NCBI GenBank assembly: GCA_943704425.1
Contig: CALSCP010002358.1
Span: forward strand, 1 to 40,695
Reading direction: 5' to 3'
Length of the DNA: 40,695 nucleotides
Source of the DNA: Ministeria vibrans ATCC 50519
Lineage: Eukaryota > Protista > Filasterea
Shown here: piece after piece, positions 21,601 through 33,746 of the stretch
Position numbering within the stretch: the first letter of the stretch is position 1
Layout of the letters: each line of letters opens with the position of its first letter
Position numbers and translations under genes: made by a program
The notes under the pieces: model-generated
Told to the model about the DNA's origin: nothing
The model's input: the letters and a program-made list of their open reading frames with translations, nothing else
The model's database searches: none

Positions 21601-23264
21601 TCCTCTCCGCCTTCATCCTCATCACCGATGTTGTGTTTCTCATGAACGGCGCCCTCTCCGCCTCTGTCTCCACCTCGGGCTGTGTGGCTTTGGGCGCTCT
21701 CCTTCACTACACTCTGCTGGGACAGTTTGCGGCACTCTTCTCGCTCGGCCTTGGCTTCCACCGTCTGCTGCACGACGGTCACCGACTCAACGGCAGCTTC
21801 ATTCTGCGTGCCGTTATATTCACGCTGGGTCTTCCATTACTCATCGTTGGCGTCTACTTGGCCCTGAGCGCCACAACCCTCGGCACGAACCCGTCCCTCG
21901 CCAATGCATATGCGCTCATGGGTAGCACCAGCACGGTGTGCTTCCTGCCGTCGACCCTCGCGTCGCTCCTTCTTCTGGTGCTTCCCATGGCCCTTGTCGT
22001 CGTGCTCAATCTGATCCTCTATGCACGCATTGGCTTTTCCATCCACAAGGCGGACAAGTCCCTTCCAAAGCACTTGCGCCGCAAGAGCCACACTGTCTTC
22101 ATTTCCCTGTCGCTTCTCATGGGCGCCACCTGGATTTTTGCTGTTCTTGTCGTCGCCAACGGCTCCTTTGTCGCCTTTCAGTACCTCTTCCTCATTGGCA
22201 ATGGCTCCCTTGCCATCTTCCTCTTTGTCAACTACTCGCTCTCGTCGGCGGTGCGCACGCGCTTCCGCGAGTGGCGCTCGCACCGTACGCTCATGTCGTC
22301 GTCGCGCACCGCTGCACGCACCAACCGGAGCGGCCAGGCGCTGCGCACAGGCTCGGGTGCGCCCACCAACTCATCGGGACACCCTACGCACAACAACAGT
22401 AGCACTGCACTCATCAAGCAGACGCGCATGAACAGTGGCATTCACAGCAGCAGCAACGACAACAACAACAGCAACAGCAACAGCAGCGACAGCCACAGTA
22501 CACTGCTTTCGGACACCCTCAACCAAATCAACCCGCCCGTGGGTACCATGATGCTCACGACGGGCTCCAGCCAGTGGATCATGTCCGAAGAGGTACACAT
22601 TGATGCGGCGGACACGTCTTCGCAAAGTCTGGCGCAAGTCCAACTACGCAAAGGAGTGTCCAACACGACCAACGGTCAACAGGCGGGACAGCAGCCCTTT
22701 GACCGAGTCCAGAAGCGTCTCATGCGTAACATGGGCTCCGACGACAGCTCGGCTGTCTTCGACGAAGAGTCCGGCCTCTACTCGAGTAGCGGTGGCTACG
22801 CCTTCTCAGCCGACTACAGCTTCGACGAAGCGTTTGGATTTGCGCCCGACAGCCCGACGTCACGTCGTCTCCTCGAAGCGGCACTCTCCCCTCCCACCTC
22901 ACGACCTCAACGCGACAACAGCCTCACGGGCACGCTGGGCCGCTTCTTCTCGAAACCCAAGAGAACCTCCTCAGCAGCGACCGCAGCGACACGCATGCGC
23001 ACTCCATCCGAGCGTCGCGAACACTCTCCACTCACCTACAAACTCAGCACCACGCAAGTGTGGCTTCCCACCTCCACCACCGCCAACACCACCATCGCCA
23101 ACAGCAGCGGCAGTCCAAACACCAGTCGCTCGGGCGGCGACCTCTCCCCCATCACCATTCGTGTCCCTGCCGACCTCAGTCCGTCCATGCAGCCTGAGTG
23201 GGAGTGTCTTGACACTGCCGTTTCCGTCAATCGCGATGGCTCGTTTGCCAGTTACCATTTGTAA
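18679..23264 (+). CDS. Adhesion-type GPCR (signal peptide, EGFs, EGF-embedded DUF4082-like domain, stalk, GAIN/GPS, 7TM, long S/T/N-rich tail), ~1377 aa, 2 exons
   Basis: Exon 1 is 18679-18904 (MHAWQVVVVLAVAATGSFA plus an EGF). A phase-1 GT-AG intron (18905-19356) precedes exon 2 (19357-23264). GPS CVSWNFDTAVWSRAGC...CACTHMTNFGILF is at ~21314-21443; seven hydrophobic segments span ~21480-22240. Confidence 0.93.
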
Positions 23265-23804
23265 TTTTGCATTATTATTATTTTATTGTGTTTGTAAAGT
23301 GAAACTGTTAATTTTGATTGTTACCAAAAAACAAAAACAAAACGAAACAATATGAAATTTAGAGGAAGAAGACATTTCTTATTTATTATCAACCACAAAA
23401 CGAAAAGCGACAACACAAACCGCTCAGAAGCACTTTCTAAGCGAGAGGGAGCGGAGACAGATATCCTGGGAGGGACAGAAGGCACTGCCAGCACAAGGGC
23501 TGGCACTGCGTTAACATAAGATGAATAATCACGATAGAAATATTTACGAGGAGTAAAAATTTATCAGAAAACTGAAATATTTTTTTTTAGTTCAGTTCAC
23601 ACAAACAAGTTGACGAGCTTGTTTCAAGATCTTAGAACACCAATACTTCATGAGTGATGTACAGGAGCGTATAGAAGCGGCGCGCTCGACCAATTTATTG
23701 AATTTGCGATATTGTGAACTCTCTTAGTGTCAGCTGACGCTCCGCAAGTGGTCGCGCATCCGCAACGCTGCTCGCCTGCTCTTTGCGGCTGACTGAGTGT
23801 TGTG

Positions 23805-23843
23805 CTTGTGTGCTTGTGTGTGTGTGTGTGTGTGTGTGTGTGT
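23805..23843. repeat. (GT)n microsatellite
   Basis: Seen directly. Confidence 0.9.
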
Positions 23844-24509
23844 CTGCCTTTCTCTGTGTGTATGTCAATGAAAATGAAAACAGTCGAACGAGAATGAGAG
23901 ATCTATGGAAGATCTATGAGAGACAGACAGTGTGCTAGGGTTGCAACGAACAGGCACGCGAGAGGTGCAAAGAAAGAGATTTCTGTAAAGGGGCTGAATG
24001 GCTCTTGCTTGAGGTGGGCACCCGGGGATTGGAATAGGGAGAGTGTGCACACGCGCATGGAGTACGCCGTATGCGATTATTATCAAGCTCAGTTAAGACC
24101 ACGGCATTAATCAATGCCAACCTTTAGTATCTTCCGAGTACCCTGGTCTAAATATCCGTCCAGGACCCCATGCATGTCAATGAGAGCACTACCGCGCGCA
24201 ATACCGACCTTAGTGTGTATGTGCTCGATACTCCAACGTCCACCATTTGCTACACCGTAGGCCACTTAGTCCTCCCTGAGGGCTTCCTTGCCCGCCCCGT
24301 CTCTCAACAGCTGGTCAATTATCTCGGACATGGACATCGCCGCCGACGTCGCCACCCTGATGACGACAATGAGAGGTACGAGCCGTGACGTACTATGACT
24401 GCCGCTGTATTTGCATGCGAAGAGAAAAGTGAAAAGTAAGGAAAATAAATGTAATACAAGAAAAGGAAAAGAATATTAACTGATTATTCTACGATAAAAT
24501 AAAGCAAGT

Positions 24510-26774
<2,265 letters not shown>

Positions 26775-26935
26775 GCCGTCTGTAGTCGAAGTATATGAAG
26801 TAGCGCGAAGCCAAAAGAAAGAAAGAACTGAGTGATCGAATAATTTGAATAATAATTATTGTTATTGTTATTTTTTGCGCTATGGCTACTGATGCACTGT
26901 GCCGTGAGAGTGTTGGTGAGAGTCCGTCACGTCCA
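26775..26935. promoter_or_regulatory. Putative bidirectional promoter between the SLC25A21-like and EFHB-like genes
   Basis: Divergent start codons are only 161 bp apart, with an AT-rich core. Confidence 0.5.
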
Positions 26936-28562
26936 ATGAGTAGTCGATTCAAGTTTGATCCTCTTCCGGAAGTTCGAGCGGTTCGTCTGAAAGGTCACCA
27001 TGACAACCTCGCCTAAAACGCTTTCTTTATTCCCTGACATGTAGGCCGGAAGACCTCTCCCTCGAGGTGATTGGGGTGCTGGGCAGCTAATGACCACCTC
27101 TGGTGACGGCGTAAGCCCAAGACAACAACATGTGTATCCTTGCTCTAACAATGTTTGCAGTCTTTCACTTTTGCAGACCCTTTCCTCGGTCGTGCGCGCC
27201 CTCATACTCGAGGATACGTTCCAACAGGCGCTACCTATGGCAAGGCGTCTCCGGCTCACACGGCGGCAAAGGTATGTGACGAGGACACAGACACACGCGA
27301 TGACAGTAATTGGGTTACTGTTCGCTCACTGCAATTTGATAGTCTGTCCTTTATCCCAACGACGAGTCGGATCCCTTTGCTGATGCCACCTTGGCCAACA
27401 GCGAACGAAACTACATGCGAGGGCGCACAGCACCCTTGGGTCGTGCTGGAAAGTACACTTTTCGCGAGAGCGGAGTAGTGCCACCCGCAAATATAGTGTT
27501 TGGCCGACCAACGACGCGCAGCGACTCTGCTCGCTCCGTCGTCAACCCCTCAACCCCACCATCAACGGCACAGGTTGCGCCACTGTCTCGTCCCCGCACT
27601 GCCATGCACATGCCCCTCTCCCTCCAAACCGAGCCAGGCCTGCAAACCCGCCAGAGCGACTTCTGGCGCCACACACGAATTCCCTCACCAGACACACACC
27701 GCTTCGGCCAATACCACAGCTACGATCGCCACGGTGAACAAACAGCGCGTGCACTTGACTGGCGCGACACCGACTCCACTCCCGTCTCCACTCGCGCCAA
27801 CCAATGGTATGACCGTTACAAGCCCCAACTCGGTCGCTCTCGCTTCCCCCAGTCCCTTCCCCACTCAGTCCACCCAGACTCAACGCGCTTCGGACATTCT
27901 GTCTTGCGTGATCCCTTTGGAGCAGGTAAGTGAAAAGAGAGAGTTTTAATTTGGGGTTCACTCTACACCAACGCGATGTCAATCAGCATTAATATTGTAT
28001 TACTACATAATATTTCTTGTAATTATTATTATTACTTTATTTAGGAGCACTTATTCACCACGATACTCCGGAAGCAAAGGCAGTTATTGCACAAGATACT
28101 GAATTGGAATTGACCCGTCAAAAACAATTGGCCGAAAAAAGAGCAGTAAAAAAAACTCGTGTTCAAATCGTTGACTGAAAAATGAAAATAATAATAACAA
28201 TATTATTTTTTTAGAGAGAAATTGAGGGACGAGTGAGCGGAATTCCGTCGATGCGAAGTGATATCGAGCGACCGAGTGAGGAGAAACGGAGTGTGACGGA
28301 CCAAACGAATTATGGGGATGAGTTGGTAATTGGGGGACTGGTTGGACCGTCTGTGGCGACACAAAAGGGAGTTGAGCCGTTTGAGGAGCATCGGGCGCGA
28401 ACGGAGGACGAGTTGTGGGCAATTGTGCAGCGGATGGACTGTGGGATTACGCAGAGGGTGTTTAGACGGGCGTATGATCGGGCGGCTCTGGAGACGGCGG
28501 GGGCAGTGACGCCCAGGGCTCTGTTGGGCGCGCTATCCGCCGTCCAGAGTCAGATGGCCTGA
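26936..28562 (+). CDS. EFHB: EFHB/CFAP21-like ciliary microtubule-inner protein lacking the EF-hand pair, ~417 aa, 6 exons
   Basis: Exons 26936-26980, 27045-27110, 27161-27271, 27343-27925, 28045-28145, 28215-28562 (GT-AG, phase-consistent). Motifs: ERNY...APLGR, FG...SARSVVNP, ARALDW, VSTRANQWYDRYKPQLGR, FGAGALIH, GIPSMRSDI...RSVTDQTNYGDE...KGV...RTEDEL. Confidence 0.8.
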
Positions 28563-29007
28563 ATACTCAATTCAGAATAACAGCTTTCATTATTAATTCC
28601 ATATTATCCTGATTTATCATAATATTATGAGAATCGGAAATGAAATAAATTAAAGAAAAGTCAATGATTAATAATAATAATAATTATGAAATTGGCCGGT
28701 CATGAGTTACATGTCTCTGTCGAGTCACTCAGCACTCTAGAGTAGTAGAGTCTAGACACTGGAGTCTGCTTTATTTCTACGCCACGGACGACATAAGATT
28801 AACAAACACACCAATAATCTATATTTGGGTTGCCACGTCGCCATCACGCAAAGGCTTGCGTTGCAATTCCCGCCACCTGTCACTCGACCAAATCACTCTT
28901 TTCTCTTTCTCTCTCTCTCTCTCTCTCTCTTCTCCCTCTCTCCCTTTTATGACTGCCAAGTCTACCTGGGTCTACAACAAGAAATTTCCCACGTACACCC
29001 GACAAGC

Positions 29008-31948
29008 ATGAACGCCCTGATCGCCTCCACTCTGCAACAACAATCCTCCACAATTTCCCGCATTTTCTCGCGTGTTGTCGTCTCGCCTCGCCACGCCTCC
29101 AGCTATGCCTGGCAGACGCCCACGGCCGAAGACAGTGTTCAATACAGTCCCGAGGAGGTCTTTCGCGCTGGCATGCGCCATCACCGTACAAAAACAAACA
29201 AAACACACACACACAAACTCTTGTTTGGTCGAGCGATCAATATTGAAACACTTTTTCTTTTTGACAGATCTCGCCTCAACTGCCTTCCCCATCAACAACC
29301 GAGTGACTGTGCGACCGTACCGGGTTGCCCGCACTCGCGACCAGCGCTACGTCCACGATGTGCTTCAACAGGCGTACGCCGGCAAAGACATGATGCTGTA
29401 CGTCCACTGGCCCTTTTGCGAGACCCGGTACGCAGAGCAGGACCCTCCGCACGCTCTCCTCGTCCTTTTACACACACACAACGTTCGGGTTTAGGTGCCA
29501 ATTTTGCGAGTACACGGTTGTGGATCCGAAAACAGGGAAACTCGACGACACACATTCGATGTACGCAGACGCGCTCATCAAGGAGATGGAGCTGTACTCG
29601 CAGCTGCTCAACACCAAGGAGAAGCGTCTGCGAGGCTTTGACATTGGCGGCGGCACTCCTTCGCTCGTGTCCATTGCGAACATGGAGAAGATGATGAAGG
29701 CAGTGCATACGCACTTTGCAATGCCGTCCGCCGACGACATGGAGATCTCCATTGAGACCACGCCCAAGATTGCCGCGCGCGAACCCGACAAGCTGCGTGC
29801 CTACCACCAAATGGGCATCCGTCGCATCTCCTTTGGTCTGCAAACGACCGACTTCCGTCAGGCGAAGGAGCTCAACCGCGACGACGCCAACGACGGTCCA
29901 GGCATGGTCCAGCGCGCCGTGGACAATGTGCGCGCCGCCGGCTTTGACGGTGTCAACGGAACACTTAACATTGATCTGATGTACGCACTGGCGCCCCCTC
30001 GCAAGGGCCGCACCGATCCCTGGGGCAAGACGGTGATGGACACTCTCGACCTGGCGCCAGAGCACATCACGCTTTACCGCACGCGATTCAAGGGCACCAA
30101 GCTGGCGCACATGATGGACCGCGTGTCGCTCTCGCTGGTGAACGAGCAGGCAGCGCTTGCCGGGCGGCTTCTGGCCGACGCAGGCTACCACAGCGACATT
30201 GGCAAGAACACCTTCAGCCGTGTGCCCCTCAGCTCGGGCTGCTCTGACTACCTTGACCTGCGTGTGCGCAAGGCTATTCCGTACCTTGGTATGGGCATTG
30301 GCGCTCAGTCCTACTCGCACCACACCCTCGACTACAATCTGGGCGCAGTCACAAAGGCGCTGGGACAGTATATCAAGTGTGTTGATTTGGGTCGCATTCC
30401 CGTGCAGGATCTCTACCATCTCTCTCAACGTGCTGCCATGGGCAAAATGGTCTCGGTGAGCTTCTACTATGGCGGTGTGGACCTCGATGCGTTTCACAAC
30501 GCCTTTGGCGTGCGCTTTGAAGATGCTTTTGCGCCCAACATTGCGTTTCTCCGCCAACACAATCTCATGGAGTTCACCCACGAAAGCTCTTGTGCTCCGG
30601 GAATCCCTCGTTTCCAGCTCACCGCGCTTGGCAAGAGCCACTTTAGCGGATGCATTGCCCAGTTCTACTCCCCGTCCGTCCAGGGCCATCTCATCCGTTT
30701 GCCCGGTGGAGAAAGCTTCACCGTCGATCTTCTCGAGCAACTCGATGCCTACTCCCCCACCACTGCCCAAACCAACGCACTCGTCTCGGCCACGCGTGCC
30801 TCTCACGTTCCCATCATGGGCGCATCCATTGTCCAAGCACAACAGGAGACCACAGCCGAGACCAACGACGCAACGACAGAGTCCCAGGCAAGCACCGAGT
30901 CTCAGGCAAGCACCGCGTCTCATACGGGCTCCACAGGTGACTGGGCGCGCACCAACTCAGACGGCACGCTCACCATGTCCATTGGTGGCACTGTCTCCAC
31001 CGCCCATATCCACCGCAATCCCGTCACAGGACACGTCTCAGCCCGTCCCCTCTCCACTCACGCCACTACGACTCACTTGTCTGATGGTACCACCGACGAC
31101 TAAAACAAACCTTTTTTGTTTTGTGTTTTGTGTTTTTTTTTTGTTTTTAATACACTTACGTATTTTTTTTTGCGTGTATGTCAGAGGAACCGTTTGAGTT
31201 TGGAAACATTTTGTTCAGCGGGCCATGCAATCAAAAGTGTGTGTTCTGCATTGGAAATGAGCTCGAGAGTACTCCAACCAATCTGCGCGAATGGCCATTG
31301 CAAAACATTGAGCAGTTTGTCAAGCGAATGCGTTCGAGTGGCACACGCAAAGTCATTCTGACGGGCACTCGCACGGACCCTCTGCTGTACAAGCACATGG
31401 AAAAGCTTATTACGTACCTGCGCACACACCTACTGCCCGGCACCCACATTTCCATTCACACCAATGGCGTTTTGGCGCTGAAACGTTTCTCCGCTTTTAA
31501 CCTGTGTGACTCGGCGACCATCTCCGTCAACAGTTTCCACCCGGAGATCTTCCGGAAGATCCACGGGACTCGAACCATGCCGAACATTGCGGAGATTCTT
31601 GCGCGCACGCATATGCCCATCAAGCTCTCGTGTGTGGTCACCGACGACAACTGCCACACGCTGGACGCATACCTTGCGACCGCCCGCGCACTCCACATTA
31701 AGCGCATTGCCATCCGTCATGTGTACAACGACGCGCGTCGTTGGTCCTCGGCTAAACTCTTTGCGGGTCGTGCACCCGTGCGACGCCACTGCAACAACCC
31801 CGTGTACGATGTGGAAGGAATGGAAGTCACCCACTGGGTGTTTGAGGGCACTGCCGGTCGTTCGTTGAATCTCTTCTCGGACGGCCATCTCTCGGAGCGC
31901 TACCTCTTGTCTGAGGCAAAGAGCCAACAAGAGAAACTGATTCAATGA
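29008..31948 (+). CDS. Twin radical-SAM fusion protein: mitochondrial-type presequence, HemN-family domain, linker, second small radical-SAM domain; ~897 aa, 4 exons
   Basis: Exons 29008-29185, 29268-29427, 29495-31086, 31185-31948 (2694 nt, in frame). Cluster motif 1, LYVHWPFCETR|CQFCEY, is split by intron 2 and followed by GGGTPS, ISIETTP, RISFGLQ, NIDLMY and YLGMGIGAQS. Cluster motif 2 is NILFSGPCNQKCVFCIG, followed by VILTGTRTDP and ISIHTNG. Both domains are certain; the joining intron is inferred. Confidence 0.82.
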
Positions 31949-32146
31949 AAATAATATTTTGTTTAAATAATACATAACGAATCGTCAATCGAAAGCTCAG
32001 AGCTGCACTTAAATAACTCAATGTCAATTGTCAAAACAAGTTTGGTTATTGTATGAGGTTGTGAGGTGTTTCAAATAATTTGTATCGAGGATTACTATTT
32101 ATTGAAATTTGAATTACTTTTGTTTTTTCTCTTCCAATAACGTACG

Positions 32147-33418
32147 ATGGAGGACTTCTCCTCCAGCTTGAGTGCGCCTCAGCGCGAGCTCTTTGATCAG
32201 GCAAGTCATTTTGTCTGAGGGATCACTTTGCGTCTCTTGTCCTCACTCCCTCCGCGTCTCCAGGTCAAATCACTGCACGTTGTCATTGCCGAGCGAGCCG
32301 AAGTCGCCATCCGCGAACGCCTGCCTGCCAAGGTCATCTCGATGACTCAACTCGCTGAAGTAAGTGATTTTTTTTTTTTTTTTTTTTTTTCAAAATGACG
32401 TTTCGCGTTTGCCCTTTCTACCGAATTAAGAACGCGGCTCGACACTGCCCCACCCGCCGCATGGCACACAACAGGGGTTGCTTGCGTCTGTGCCTCTCGC
32501 GTTGGGTGTGTTTGTTTTCGTTTTGTCTCACGTTGATTGTTCGTTTGTTCACGAATGATATAATTTATTATAATGTGTGTGTGTGAAACACGTTTTTTTC
32601 AAATCTGTCTGTTGCGTCGTTTGCTCTGTCTGCATCTTCCCGCCAATCGACCGGCACGCGCAATCATTTGCGTGGCGTTTCTTTTGCTGCTTGTGATGGA
32701 GTAGCTTCTTGATGAGATCAGATGATCATTTGTCGACCATTGATTGTTTATTATTATTATATAATATAATCGTAATCGGTTTTTTTTTCTGTGATCTGTA
32801 GCAATGGCAATCGCGCTACGCCGACGATCTGTCCACTGCGGAGGAGTCGTCCGCGAGCGCGACAACAACAGCAACAACAACGACGACTACGGCCGAGGAG
32901 ACGGACGCGGCGCAACACACCAAAAAGAGACGGCTTGACGATGGCTCTGCAGCGGCGGACGAGGCGGCGGACGCGAGTGCAGCGGCGTTCAAGGCTGCGC
33001 CTTTCATTGAAAAGGCCATCTCGACGATCAAGCGTGAGCTCAAGGACCTTGTGAGCATTGCGAACCAGATCAAGATTTGGGTGCAGCTCAATATCCCGCG
33101 CATCGAAGACGGAAACAACTTTGGAGTGGGCATTCAGGAGGAAGTGGTAAACGAGTTGGGTCGCGCAGAGGACTCGGGGTTTGCCATTATGGACTCCATC
33201 TCCAAGTACTTTGCCATGCGGGGCAAGCTCTGCTCCAAAGTCCTCAAGTACCCTCAGCTGAGTGACTATGAGCGGGCCATTGCCGAACTGGACATGAAGC
33301 AGCTCGAGTCGCTTCGACTCTGTGTTGTTGACATTCGAAACGTAAGACAAAGCGTGTTGTTTGCGAGAAATATTTCATTTGAAGTGGAAGATGACTGAGA
33401 GTTTATCATTCTTATTTA

Positions 33419-33460
<42 letters not shown>

Positions 33461-33648
33461 TTTATTATTAATTTTATTGTGATATTGCAATATTTTCCCC
33501 ACTTGACTTTTTTCCCAGTTGATCTCTCCACTCACATGCTCTGTGACTCCCTTCTACGTAGAACTATGCTGTGCTCCACGACACTATCACCAAGAACATC
33601 GACAAGCTGCGCAAACCCCGCTCGTCAAACACTGCTTCCATGTACTAA
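32147..33648 (+). CDS. PSME3: Proteasome activator PA28gamma/REGgamma-like, 258 aa, 4 exons
   Basis: Exons 32147-32200, 32264-32359, 32802-33341, 33562-33648. Activation loop KIWVQLNIPRIEDGNNFGVGIQEE, KKRRLD NLS in the homolog-specific insert, and C-terminus KNIDKLRKPRSSNTASMY. Confidence 0.93.
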
Positions 33649-33746
33649 CAATAAATAATTATTATTAATGAATCTGTTTCAGTTTTCTTTCTTTGTTGAG
33701 CGTGCGAAAGCACAGTGAAATGCGTGTGTACTCTTCTCTCTCTCAT

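Noticed and set aside
23860-24400. Short ORFs or a possible mobile-element fragment (also 7960-8340)
   Set aside because: No recognisable motifs, terminal repeats or consistent splice model.
29292-30923. 543-aa antisense ORF
   Set aside because: Shadow of the GC3-biased radical-SAM CDS, with no recognisable motifs.
31185-31948. Calling the second radical-SAM domain viperin or MoaA
   Set aside because: It lacks the viperin NYHFTRxCNYxCxFCFH/SGGEPF motifs and the MoaA C-terminal Cys cluster.
29008-31948. Bacterial contamination as the source of the radical-SAM genes
   Set aside because: Spliceosomal introns interrupt conserved motifs, including the CxxxCxxC, and the locus is contiguous with EFHB and PSME3.
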